A stretch of 64,000 nt of DNA. Origin: Blasia pusilla (lineage: Eukaryota). Under the pieces are notes generated by a model. That model did no database searches. It saw nothing but the letters and a program-made list of their open reading frames with translations, and had not been told where the DNA came from. Each line of letters starts with the position of its first letter. The stretch's first letter is position 1. Shown in pieces: positions 38,881 to 51,910 of the stretch. The position numbers and the translations under genes are program-made. The stretch covers positions 42,098,001 through 42,162,000 of the forward strand of contig CM114271.1 in the NCBI GenBank assembly GCA_050084515.1. Reading direction: 5' to 3'.

Positions 38881-40531
38881 TTCTTGTTCAGGAAATCAGA
38901 TGTAAATAACCAATTCAAAAATGATTTTAAATAAAGTGGATTTTTTAAACACACCCAATTCTCTTCATGCTTATGGTCTGATGTTATTTTTTTATCACAG
39001 TCCGATATTGGCTTGAGGCTTTTTCTGCTATTGCAACTCGTCGTAGACCGACGAGTTGCCTGATGTCTTCTAACATTTACATTTAAACCGATGTCTTTCA
39101 CTCTACGAAGATCAATTTGTAACCTTAGATTCTTTTGTTGTGGTGTGCTTGCTTTCCTAGATTCTAACCTTTGGTTAGACATGTTGGTAACCCGTCTGAT
39201 TCCAAAAGGTTGAGACCCACTCCAATTGAAGAGAAGAATTTTTTGTGCGGACAGTCCCGTTTCAAGCAACCCGTCGGAGTCTGATGGATTGCAAGATAAC
39301 CTAAGCAAGAGACATCAGTCTTGCAACCCGTCGGATTCTGATGGGTTGCAAGAGTTGCAAACTGATAGCTGATGCCGACAAGTTGCAAGGGGTGCAAATT
39401 TTTGGATTCTGACGGGTTAGAAGGGGTGAAACCTGTTGGATTCCAACATTTAGGGTTTGAATGAATTGACATAGGTGCATTAGTTCCTCTTTACTCCTCA
39501 CCGCTATCAACCTTTTGCTTCAATGGTCCTCCTAGTCCGATCACGTTTTCTTCTTCATGCATACATTTCTCAATGGCTGAGAGAATGGTGAAACCAAGTT
39601 GTCAAATGCACAACAGTCCATGGTATACTTCATGCACCCATTTATGAGCCAACATCATCCAATGCTATCATGAAAGTCTTCAGCTACCATCAATGATGAG
39701 TGATTTGTTCTCTTGTGGAAAATCCCCTTATGGATGAGTATTGATCAGATGGGATATTTAATGCCTTTTGCATGAAGAGTCAACAGTCCATAATGTCAAC
39801 CACATCTTCTGAGAAGTTAAACCTTGAAGGGTATAGGAGTCTATTGACACCATAGTCAGAGTCTTTATTTGAACCTTCTATTGAGATGAAATTACTACTT
39901 CTAGTCAAATTATCTGCCGATGGTCCTCCAACAATCATACCCCTTAGCCCAACTTACAGTAGAGTTGGCTTAGACAGGCAATATGAATCAAATTGGGCTC
40001 ACATGGAGAATGATGGAAGGATGTTTGTAGTGGTCTTATGATGTCTACTTCTTTTTCCAAGCCTAGAAAAAGAAGGGTAGTTAAGGCCCGAATGTGGTCA
40101 CTTGCTACTCTCTTCTAAAGATTTCATGAATTTGAAAGCAAACAAAAATTTCAAAAATGTCAAAAAGTTTTAAAGAGAGGAGGAGGATTCTGACCTTTTT
40201 TTTGAAGAGAGACTCTCCTCTCTTACTCTCTCTTGCCAAAATACCAGCCCCCCTTTGAGAGCCAATAATCTACCAATCTGGCCCATGCCTCTTCATCGGT
40301 ATCAGGGTGACACGGGATTACGCGGTGAGCCCCATGAATGATCCAATAGTTCTTAATATTGGACCTCTCTATTTTCAAAAGTTGAGCAATTTTTTCCTTA
40401 TATATTTGAGGGAGAGAGATTGTGCATCCACATACGTGTATGCCTCAATTATGTGATTTTGGACGGCTGCCATGGTCACTGAGTGTTGCTTACTAATCTC
40501 GATGCATGACACGTTCACGTACTTCATTACC

Positions 40532-41047
40532 CAAACCTAGAATGTAATCAAACCTGAAACTCTAACACAATCATACAGCCAATGATGCATACCTACACTT
40601 CCACCTTGTCAAGAAGACACATTTTCTGTTGGGCTTGGTGTTGTGCATGATTGTGATCTACTGCGATATAGCTAGTCATCTTCAACCAAGGCTCATAGCC
40701 TGGTACCTTGGTGTTTGGATGGCCACTCGGTAGTAATTCGCATGTAGGCTTCAGATTCTGCTCTTTGCGGATTGACACATCACGCTTCCATAGGTCACGC
40801 TTGGATGTACTCCTCCTTTCTCCTAAAAGAATAATTTCAAATTCATCTCTATGTGTTAGGGAACCCATCCTCAGTTCTGAACATTATCATCAAACTAGAA
40901 TGTAATCAAACCTTAAACTCTAATACAATCATACAGCCAATGATGCATACCTATACTTCCACCTTGTTGAGAAGACACATTTTCTGTTGGGCTTGGTGTT
41001 GTGCATGATTGTGATCTACTGCGATATAGCTAGTCATCTTCAACCCC
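40532..41047. repeat. Direct duplication of about 155 bp (40532-40687 and 40891-41046)
   Basis: ctagaatgtaatcaaacc...gctagtcatcttcaacc occurs twice and includes a minus-strand GTATG donor-like site. Confidence 0.85.
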
Positions 41048-42743
41048 ATAAGAACAAGGTGGTGGATGTGGAGGTGGTGGTGGGAATGGCCCTCCTCCTT
41101 GTCAAGCACAAAATAACACAATCTCATTTGTTCGGAATGGTCTCATGGTATAGATCTAAACTTGAAAAAAATTGCTTTGAATCACATAACTGAATACTTA
41201 CCCAATGAGGGGGGCCAGGTTGAGAAGTTTGCCCAGTGGTAGGCCATTGGTGTTGGAATTGATTACCAAATGCTATTGGTGTTGGAATTGATTACCAAAT
41301 ACCATTGGTGCTTGCATCATCATTGGAAGCTACCATAGCATCATCTGATTTTGTGACCAAGGTGACTGAGGATACTTTGCAAGATGGCATCTGACGGAGT
41401 CCCTTCCAATGTCTACAATTTGAGAGGCAATGCACTTCATATGATCAGTAAGAACTATGGCACATGAGTATGCACAACACACCTTTCAACATTAGCTTGG
41501 AAATGCAACTAAAACCAAAAAACCAGAATAGAGATCGAGAGTAAATATTACCCTTTGATCTATCGCTGATGATACGGGTTGTTGCAAGGGGGGGCGTAGA
41601 GATTGGTGGCTTTGCATCCTGCTCCTTTTTCCTTGGCTACTCAACACACCATCCAAATAGTCAGGTTGGAATCAAAATATTTTTTAGGAACCAAAGAATA
41701 GAATCAAGAATAGATAAGAGACGTTTCAAGAAAAATCAGAAAATTCTCTTACCCTCCCTTCCTCCAACCAAGCCTCCTCATTTGATTCATACATTGAATG
41801 ATCCATCTTAATCCTAAGATTGTAGTCCTTGCTGCTAGTTGCCTTTCCAAGTAATCGAACACTCCGCCTTTGGGGCTGATCAGCCTCTATACCTTTGATA
41901 GGCTTATAGTGCCTACAAGTGCTTGGTGCAACAAACCTATGAAATGAACATGAAACCCAATATCTCAGATATGGTGTACATATTAGCCTAAAGCACAATC
42001 ATAATCCTTAGAAGCAACAAGAAACTCAAGGAACATAGTAAAGGAAGGAATCAAGTGAGAGGCAAGGCACAATGCTTACAAGTCCCTTACTCCTGCAAAC
42101 AATTCAGCTTCCTTTTCTTTTATGAACTTCACTCTGCGATTCCTTTCTTCCTCGTTCAAGTTAGGGGATATTGGATGATCCGTGATTACTGTGGTCTCAC
42201 CATTAGAAGTGCTAGGATTATGGTTGTGAATATAACCTATAATACCCTCCAAACAAGTGGGATTTAATCCCCACTCACCATCACTCATGTCAATTCAAAT
42301 ATATGATGTCATTTCTCTAAAAACAGACATCTGAGAATGACAATAGCAACAACACGAATGGGGGCAGCAAGTGCTCTTTTCTCCACATAACACTTTTTTG
42401 CTACGACACGTTACAAAGCACAAGTGAAGATAAACATGGAGTAATCACCAACATAGAGACCCTTGCATCAAAAAAGTGCTTTGTATCTTATCTGATCCAT
42501 ATCACCCCAAAAAATATCAGGGCAGCCAATATATCTCAAGATTAAACAAATCTGAACTCTATCATTCAGGATCAAGTAGCAAAATATGAGATCATCATGA
42601 ATTTCCTCAGCTTCGAAATACTAAGATGGAATTACTAAAAGCAACTACTCCTAGAGTCCCATGAATTCCCTCGACTTTAATTTGAATCATCAGAATCTGA
42701 TGTAGAGCATTCATCTGAGCCTAATCCTAGATCAAATACATGA

Positions 42744-43980
42744 TGTAATGTACAACTCAAGGAAAAAGATACCCTTTCTATCAAAAAGTATTAAGTTCGT
42801 TCCCAAGAGACCACTGTTTCCTAAGTAAAGAGAGGCTTTATAAGAAATAACAAGAATAAACTCTATCTTCACTTAAAATGCTTCACCAACTCTAATAACT
42901 CTAACTTTACAAAGGTAAAGAAAAGATAAGATGGTCTTCTTTCCTCATAGAAAAGACTCTTCTCAAGTGTAGAGAAAGACTCTTGTGAATTTGCAAGAAC
43001 AAAGCTCCATGAAGACCTCAAAGAGACCTCACAAATGGCGGCTCACCCTACTTTCAGAACTGAATCTGTCATGGCAGGTTACTCACTGTCTAACAGCTTT
43101 CCTACGCTTCTTCTTGATTATCTTCTAGAATTTTGAATCTACAAGACTCAACTCTCATTTCTACGGCAGCCTAATAAGATCCACATTCAATTTTGCACAT
43201 CAGAAAGAATGAGAGACAAGACTCTTCTTCTACATCAAAGAGTGGAAAGAACTCGGAAGTAGTACAAGCTTCAGAAAGTAAAAGACTCTTCAGCTTGGAT
43301 CATTCCCCCCCAACGAGACTCGTTACATACTCACCAAGACTGCTGGTAAACTCAAGATACACAAAACCGTATTGAGGAGTTAAAGATACAAGGGAAAACG
43401 ATGATCCCTTCTTCTTCTAATTGCTCTTTAAATAGTATTTACAATTCCGATTGATCTTCCTATTCTGCTCTAGAGTGCTAACGGCGAATCCTAACTCTGT
43501 GATTTCAATTCTCCAACCCTCTATCTTCCTAAGACTATTCATTTCTTGGCATTTCCTTTTCGCTCCCTTTTAAACGGTTGTAACTACCGCGACTCTCCCT
43601 TTCTGGCTTCCGAAACCGCCGCGACGGTTCAGTCTTCACAGTCTTTGGGCTCTTCGCAATTTTTTGCAAAGACTCTTCCTAGTCTTTGTAGTCTTTCTCT
43701 TTCCTATCCTATCTTCGCGCAAAGACTCTTATCCTTCTGCCGCCGTGAAGAGTCTTTACGCTCTGTCCTTCAGCTTTCTTCCAGGTATTCTCTATCTTTC
43801 TATTCCTCTTCTTAATATCCATGTCCACTTTTGTGAAGACTCTTTGACCTTTTCCGCTTCTTCTTCTTCCTTCTTTGAGTTCTTAATCTTTGGTCTGGAG
43901 TCTTCATCCTTCTTTTCTAGTCTTTGGACAGAGACTATCTTCCATCTTCTTTACAAAGAAACTTTCCCTCAGTCTTTGTG
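42744..43980 (-). mobile_element. Truncated LTR of family B, inverted relative to 45965-47469
   Basis: Begins TGTAATGTACAACTCAAGG and is the reverse complement of about 46260-47469 (shared ORF-track text KDSYPSA..KSLYAL.FSFLP). Confidence 0.85.
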
Positions 43981-44723
43981 GATTGGATGAGATGTAGGGG
44001 AGTTCATGGCATATCGACAGATGAGGTCAGATCGATATGCCATGCCTACTCCTGAGGAGATCTTTAATGCAATAGGGCATGCAAAGATCTTTGGTACTTT
44101 AGATCTCCGCGCTGGCTATCATCAGCTTCCCATCTGAGTGGAGGACAAGGAGAAGAAAAAGTTTTGGGGGATTAATTGATTCAAGAGAGATAGTTTGTAT
44201 CAATGGCGGTTTTTACCATTTAGGTTGAAGAACTCCCTTGTAGAGTTCTGGAGAGTGATGGATAGATTTTGGCTAGCTTGGATTTTGTACACTGTTACAT
44301 AGATGATATTCTTGTCTTTAATTTCACGGTTAAGGAGCATGAGCGACACTTAGAAGAGGTGTTTCAGTACGAGTTATAGGACTAAAGTTACTTCTAGGCA
44401 AGTGTAGGTAATTTTAGGAGCAGATTGAATACCTATGACACACCATATACCCGAGTGGATTAGGTGTTCAGCAGTCAAAGGTGAAGGCTCTTGCGCATAT
44501 TCCACGCCCTATAGATGTGAGTTGAATCCGAGCATTTCTTGGACAAGCGAGCTTTTATCGACCGTATGTCAAGGGTTTTAGAACGATCGCAAAGTCTGTG
44601 ACCTTGCTAACGAGGCTTGATCTGGTTTGGCATTAGGGAGATGATGAGGAGCAAGCATTTCAAGAGCTCTAGAATAGTTTGACCTCCTCACCCATTTTAG
44701 TGAGACCGGTTAGGGGTCGTCCA

Positions 44724-45044
44724 TGTAGAAAACTACTAAAGAAGCATAATTGGTGGGAAATGGCTCGTACACTCACACACCACCATGGAGAAAAAAAATT
44801 TTGCAATGAGAGAATGAGTGGAAGTTGGTCTCCTTCTCAATTATATAGGGTATGTACAAGCAACCCTAACCCTATTCTTAACCATAGTCTCGAGTTGGAA
44901 TAATTGTGATTAACTAACCCTAGTTAAGATAATCGCTCTTAACTGACTTACCAAGATTAAGCTTCCCTACTTTGTGTGAGTACCAAGTGTAGCAGTTTGG
45001 ATGTGTGTTGAGCTTGACTAGTGAGCTTAACTTGGTCTTCAATA
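44724..45044. mobile_element. Small solo LTR (321 bp, Copia-like termini) inserted at the start of the Gypsy RNase H
   Basis: TGTAGAAAAC...GTCTTCAATA termini and a near-perfect TSD GTCCA/GCCCA; removing it restores RGRP|FQLH. Confidence 0.75.
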
Positions 45045-45964
45045 GCCCATTCCAGTTACATATGGATTTGAGCATGTTGGGTCTAGGAGTGGTGCTTACT
45101 TAGAGAGATGACGAGGCGAGGGAGTTTGTTGTGGCTTACCCAAGCTGATCGAACAATATTGCAAAGGCAAAGTTCAACTCCTATGAGGGAGAGTACTTGG
45201 CTGCAATGCGGGCCCTCGCACATCTCACATGCTATCAGTTTGGAAACCCTTTCACTCTTATCACTAATCATCAACCGTTGAGATGGTTGATGGAGTCCGA
45301 CAAGCTTACGGGAAAGCTTACAAAGTAGGCTCTATTATTGCACGAGTACGAATTTGAGGTGCTTCTTAGGCTAGGTTGGTTGAACCAAGATGCAGATGGG
45401 TTGAGTCGCAACCCATGTCCAAGTCAAAGAGACGACACAAGACCTCGATGGGACGGAGAGATTGACCAGGAGATCATGCCCGGTTGGCATGCATCTACTT
45501 TTCTTTTTTGGTTGACTATGACAAGTCAGTAGCAGATGGTTATTCCAATGGTGGAGTCAGATGATGAGTCCTCGGATCCGAAGGTTAGTAAGGAGGTGAC
45601 GGGTAGTCATGATAGCCATGAAGACGTGGAGGTTCTGGAGCTCCCACGCACTGGCATCATAGCGAGCATAGTGAGTGCTAGGGAGCGGGATCGGATCCTA
45701 CAAAGAGTCAGGAGGTTCAGGTGGGAGGGGACACATATTCTATGGATATGGGGAGATGGTAGGGTTTGAGTGGTGCCTCATCCTTCCCAGCGAGCACGTG
45801 TAGTGCGACATGCCCACGAGGAGTTTGGGCATTTCGGTTCCAGCTTACTTCAAGTTCACTACAGGTGGTGCGGCATGCATATTGAGTTTCAACAATTTGT
45901 AGCTAAGTGTATGGTATGTGATCGAGTGCGAGCATCCTTCAATGCTCCCACTCCGTAGTGACAT

Positions 45965-47469
45965 TGTGATAACCCACTCTTATGAGAATTTTGAAATTTT
46001 GATGTTTTATACTTAATTATAGTAAAGTCTTTATGAAGTGAAGACTAAAGACTCACTACTTGAAGTAAAAGGTCTTACTTTACTAAAATTGTGTGGGAGA
46101 GTAATTGACAGAACTCTAATGAGAGGACAAGAGATGTTAGAAGATTAAAGAATGTCTTGGAAGAGTGAGAGGTGTATAAAAATAGGAATAGAAGTTAGAA
46201 GAGGAAACGCAGGTGTCTCGCAAGGAAGACCGTAGTAAGAACAATATAAAAGACTGTCAACAAAGATGACGGAAAGCTTCTTTGTAAAGAAGATGGAAGA
46301 TAGTCTTTGTACGAAGACTGGAAAAGAAGAGCGAAGACTCAAGAGCAAAGACTAAGAACTCAAAGAAGGAAGAGGAAGAAGCCGAGGAGGTCAAAGAGTC
46401 TTTACAAAAGTGGAAAGGTATATTAAGAAGAGGAATAGAAAGATAGAGAATGCTTGGAAGAAAGCTGAAGGTAAGAGCGTAAAGACTCTTCAAGACGGCA
46501 GAAGGATAAGAGTCTTCGCGCAAAGATAGGATAGCAAAGATAAAGATTACAAAGACTAGGAAGAGTCTTTGCGAAGAATTTCCAAGTCTAAGAAAAATGA
46601 AAAGTCGCGCCCGTTGCAGTAGCCAGAAAGGGAGAGTTGCGGCACTTACAATAGTTTAAAAGGGAGCGAAAAAGAAACGCCAAGACAATGAATAGTCTTA
46701 GGAAGATGGAGGGTTGGAGAATTTGAATCAAAGAGTTAGGATTAGCAGTTAGAAATCTAAATTAGAATGGGAAGATCAATTAGAATTGTAAATACTATTT
46801 AAAGAGCAATTAGTAGAAGAAGGGATCATAATTTTCCCTTGTATCTTGAACTCCTCAATACTATTCTGTATATCTTGAATTTACTAGCAATCTTGGTGAG
46901 TGTGTAAGGAGTTTTGTTAGGGGATGATCCCAACTGAAGAGTCTTCTACTTTCTGAAGCTTGTACTACTTGCGAGTTCTTTCCACTCTTTGATGTAAAGA
47001 AGAGTCTTCTCTCATTCTTTTTGAGGTACGGAATTAAATGTAGATCTTATTGGGCTGCAATATGGATGAGAGTTGAGTCTTGTAGTCTTGGAACTCCACA
47101 AGATAATCAAGAAAAAGCGTAGGAAAGCTGTTAGACACTGAGTAACCTGCCATGATAGATTTAGTTATGAAAGTAGGATGAGCCGCCATTCTTGAGGTCT
47201 TCGTGGAGCTTTGTTCTTGCAAATTCACAAGAGTCTTTCTCTACACTTGAGAAGAGTCTTTTCTATGAGGAAAGAAGACCATCTTATCTTTTCTTTACCT
47301 TTGTGGAGTTAGAGTTATTGGAGTTGGTGAAGCGTTTTAAGCGAAGATAGAGTTTATTCTTGTTATTTCTTATAAAGCCTCTCTTTACTCAGGAAATAGT
47401 GGTCTCTTGGGAAAAAACTTAATATTTTTTGATAGAAAGGGTATCTTTTTCCTTGAGTTGTACATTACA
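45965..47469 (+). mobile_element. Solo LTR of family B (about 1.5 kb) inserted in the Gypsy integrase
   Basis: TGTGAT...ATTACA termini and an imperfect TSD (TGACAT/TGCAT); removing it rejoins NAPTP to H.LPI.GLGF.WSLDFAG. Confidence 0.8.
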
Positions 47470-50400
47470 TGCATACTTTGCCTATTACGGGTCTAGGTTT
47501 TGGTGGAGTCTAGACTTCGCGGGAGCTTTACCATTGACGGGGCATCATCATAGGTATATGTTGGTCATGGTGGAGCATTTGTCCAAGTGGATAGAGTTGG
47601 TGGAACTATCGGACAAGGCTAGCAAGGGAACAGCTAACGCATTTCTAGATCGTATGCTTAGTCTTTTTGGTGCACCAGCGGAGGTGTTGACTGACCAGGG
47701 TACCGAGTTTAGGGGAGAGTTTGTGGCCTTGTGTGATCAGATGTGGTGCGATGATAGATCATCGCATCACGTCTAGAGATCATCTTGAGGCGGATGGGTT
47801 GGCGGAGAGAGTACTATACACGGTGAAGAGAGGATTGCGCAAGTATGGCTTGTAGCAGGGACATTTGAGGGAGTGGGACCTACGATTACCATGGTTGGCT
47901 ATGGGCTATTGCTTTAGTTAGCACGCATCCTTAGCGTTATTTTCACCTTACTTTTTGCTCTATGGGAGAGAGCCAAATTTATCTGCAGATTCTCAACATG
48001 ACATGGCAGAGGTGTTAGATCTTGATGATCAAGATGTATGGATGCAAGCATATTCTCAAAGGGCGGAGATTTTTTGTAGAGTTATGCCCATGGCATTTGA
48101 GAACTTAACTATTGCTCAACATAGAGATACATTGAGGTATGCAACCATTCGTGGAGGAGGTTATCATCTAGGGATTAGGAGGTTCAATCTTGGAGATTAT
48201 GTTTATTTATAGCAAGCGGTACCTACGACGCTAGATGTCACTGCAGGGCGCATGATCTTACCTGTGCGCGAGGTGTACTAACCGGAGTCCTTATGTTAGA
48301 GGGATGGGATGGTATGGTTTGGAAGGATCATGTGCGCAATTTTGTGCCATATCATCTTCCAAACGTGGACGGGTAAGTGGATCCGAGCTTGGCAGTAGTA
48401 GCTACACACTTGAGGTACATGTTGTGTGGATCTGCAAGGGGTGCAGCCACCATGTTGGTATGTGATGGTTGTTCTTGAGGGTGGCAAATGTCATGTCTGA
48501 CCCCCCTCTTGATGTAGTTCCCACAGGATGATGGATATGTCTGAGATGTGTATAGGGTAGTAGGTCATGTAAGGGAGATGTGATATCTACTATCTAGAGT
48601 TGGAAGGATCCAACTGCCAGCTAAGGGGATGGTTAAGTGATCTCGATGTACATGCATATGCGTGAGTTGATTTTTGTATATGTGTGGATCTACCCGTGTG
48701 TTGGGGAAGATCGGTGTTGTGTGGTCTAGATGTGACGAGCAATATGTATTGTGTAGTGATATATATGCGCACGACAACTGTCACATGTGAGTAGACGATA
48801 GGTAGGGATCTATCGCGTTGGCGACATAGAGAGCCATGCTCAGTCAATGGACAGTCTTGAGTGTAACTTCGTCATGACGTGTCGGATGGGGTTAAGCACA
48901 GGTCCGTCGTGTCAAGAATGTCGTTTCTAACGACTTTCCTATTTGGGTCTCTCACAATTGGATGGCTTGTTGAGCAGGTCACCCGCCCTTGGTAACCTAT
49001 GCGCGCAGGTTAGCAAGAGGATTGCTATTTTTAGGGGGAGAGCCTTTTGGCTCTTCCCACACCTATATAAGGGAGAGAGATGGCTTTCCCAAGCTATCTT
49101 TCTCATGTTGGGCCGTTGGAGCACCTCTCTTGTTCATGTGTGAGATAGGATCGGGGTGCTAGCATCTGGATTCCATGATAGCACAGGATTGACGAGGCTC
49201 AATATGCCGATGTAGATTGAGGAGTGGAGTTTTAGGCCGGGTGTGTCATTTTTACTCTTATTTTTGTTGTGTCATCTCGATGATATGCGTGAGTTAATTT
49301 TTGTAAATATGTGGATCTACCCGTGTGTTGGGGAAGATCGGTGTTGTGTGGTGTGGATGTGACCAGTGATATATATTGTGTTGCGATGTGTATGTGCACA
49401 ACATCTTTCTGTCAGTGGACCATCCGTTCACTCCGCATCAGGCGCCATCTTTACCTCCCATGCAATGTCTAGGAGCCATATGACTCCCGCCTCCATCCTC
49501 GGATGGCCCCAACTCACCGTCATGCCACCCTATGCAGTTGTGACCTCTTCTAACCGGCCCTTCCTTCTACGCAACTACCTCTTTTCTTTGCAACCCCGAC
49601 TAGCCCCTACGCGACTACTCTGGCCTTGCAATCCCATGCTATTATTGCTATCCCCGCATGGCTACTCGCGCGACTGTACTTAACTCTACTCCATGACCTA
49701 GGCATACTGCCTCACCTTAATATCAACTTGTCAGCATGCCCATGCTTGGACACGAAAATAGTATTTTTAGACAAAATTATATTTTTATTTCAACATTTAA
49801 ATAGAATTTCCACTTTCTTAAAATTTAAAGAGTAATAACATTCCACTTTTCTAAATAACTTTACTCCTCAATTAAAATTTAAATAATATCCCACTCCTCT
49901 AAATAAATCCACAGTTCCATAGAATCTTAAACAATACCTACTACTTCCTCTTCCATTCAATATTATTTTCCCTTCCCAAAATATCAAATATGAATTAAAG
50001 GGAAAAAATTATAGAGTTGTTATTATTTTATCTTATAAAAAATAGATAATGGCCAATTATAATTACAACCAGTGTGCGGCCCTTTGGTAAGGGTGGGAGA
50101 GAGACACATTTGTAGGTCCTACGACCATTAGTTTGAGTTTGTATATCAAGTAAGTTAAATTATGCCGGGAGGAGAAGTCTTTGGGACAAGAAATTTTTTT
50201 AATTTGACGACTAGTTATGTATACCAAAAAATTGAGGATAGGAGAGGATAGGAAATACAAACCACCAGCTATGTATGCCAAATGCCAAGAATACGCAGGA
50301 AGGCAAGTTATACCAAGAATACTAAGAACCAAAAGTTGTGGACAAGGATGTTTGTAAACAAGGATTTGTAAACGAAGAGAGGATACGAATTTAATTCACA

Positions 50401-50949
50401 CAAGTCACACGAGCCCACGGTAAGAGAGACACCCAAAATTTTCATCCAGGAAAAGAGTATGCCCAACCGAGATGAATGTAGGGGCCCGTAATAAATATAG
50501 ACTAGTTAATATATCCAAAAAATAATAAAAATTGACTTTTCTTAAGTGTATAAAAATAATTTTCATTTGAAAACTCAAATATGACTTCCACTTTATTAAT
50601 GTGAAAGGAGTAGTAACATTCCCCTTTTCTAAATAATTGCTCCTTGGTTAAAATAATATCCCACTCTCCTAATTATTTAATCCCCATAAAATTTTAAATC
50701 ATATCTACTTCTCCCCCCCTCCACTCCTCTACCAAAAAATATCCATTAGTTAAATTATTGATTGATTAATTTTAATTAATGAAGTTAGTTCTTTTTTCAA
50801 TTTTTTCTAAAAGATGAAGTGTAAATAAAAAACAGAATTAGAAATTTATTTATCTTATTATTTCACTATTTTGTATTATTATAACGCATATTTTTTTTAC
50901 CCAGCTGTGTTTTCAGAACCAGGATCGAAGGAGTACAATTACGCGTTCC

Positions 50950-51910
50950 GTACGAGAGCCCGCCGTGTTCTCCGCACTCGGACATCAGAGGTATCCGGAT
51001 TGTGTTTGCCTGTAGCTGCATATTAACAGAACTTTAAGGCTCGAATCGTCCAGGCTTTCCGTATCGCACCACTTACCTATACCACAGCGATGCGGTTCCG
51101 CTTGGGCCTCCCCCAACCATCGGTGGTTGGTTCGACACACTGCGAGTGTCGCCGGAGCCTGGATCCACTTGGTGTGCATTTGGCACGCTGTCGATTGGGG
51201 TGAGAGGATACCCACTCACGATGCGAAGGCATGGGATATCATGTTCAGTGATTGCTCGGGAGAGTGGCTTCCATGTGCAGAGAGAGAGGCACTACTCCAT
51301 GCGGGATTCCCTCATTCGTGCCGATCTCTACATGACACGGAGGTCGAGGTGGTTGTGGCGGACGTGGTAGTCACAGATCCCCACGCGGGAGGCGGTCGCG
51401 AGCCCAAGTGGTGGCCCAAGGGGCGAATGCTACAAGGAGCGGCGGCGGCGAAGAAGACACATATCTACAGTCGACTACACGAGGGACACATCTTCATCCC
51501 CCTGGCCATAGAGATGTATGGGGCTATGGGGGAGAGGTTCGACTCGTTCCTTACGGACTGCGCCCATCATCTCCACTCGAGAAATGGGTTGTCCTTAGCT
51601 CTGCGATTCTGTACAGGCAGCTGGTCTCCATAGCGTTGCAGCGTGCCCAGGCTAATGGGAATTTGCGGCGGGCTCAGGCTGTGGGAGGCGCCGGCGCTAG
51701 AGGCCCACTTAGTAGTAGTCATAGCTCTCTTGTTGTTGCTGATATTGTCTCTGCTGTTGGTGAGTTTCGTCGTTAGGGGGGGAATGCCCCGTTCTTCCTT
51801 TTCTGGTCTTGTTGTGGCCTTCAGGTTTTGACTCTTTGAGTCCCCCTCTTTTGTACTTCCGATGGGTTTTCCATCACTCGTTTTTATCGAAGTGCATCTT
51901 CATTTATTAT
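50950..51910 (+). mobile_element. 5'-truncated CRE-type non-LTR element (zinc knuckle plus RLE end)
   Basis: TAMRFRLGLP...CECRRSLDPLGVHLARC, RADL, DVVVTDP, AAAKKTHIY, FIPLAIEMYG and SIALQRAQA are homologous to ORF 25705-26631. Confidence 0.8.

Larger units (their letters stand above)
30879..39450. repeat. Dispersed clusters of a 29-bp palindrome, consensus TGCAACCCGTCGGA-N-TCCGACGGGTTGCA (clusters near 30879-31034, 32300-32745, 33750-34590, 37528-37965, 39030-39450)
   Basis: Perfect 13-bp arms at 31007-31033; roughly 30 variably decayed copies counted by eye. Confidence 0.9.
43981..49403 (+). mobile_element. Decayed Ty3/Gypsy element: RT, RNase H, integrase with C-terminal PHD finger, and putative 3' LTR (about 48579-49403)
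   Basis: DRYAMPTPEEIF...TLDLRAGYHQ and CYIDDILV (RT); PFQLH.D and FTL.TNHQPL.WLM (RNase H); HAHEEFGHFG...CMVC and WSLDFAG...VLTDQGTEFRGEF (integrase); LCGS...MLVCDGCS*GWQMSCLTP...ICLRC (PHD-like). A purine tract precedes TGTG at 48579. Confidence 0.85.

Noticed and set aside
39670-39710. ParB-like IIDG motif (SLIIDGS*R on the minus strand)
   Set aside because: Only four residues match, in a stop-rich frame; not enough support.
42744-47469. Large TIR DNA transposon carrying an RT
   Set aside because: The right arm is a TG...CA solo LTR interrupting a continuous integrase, so the arms are separate LTR copies.
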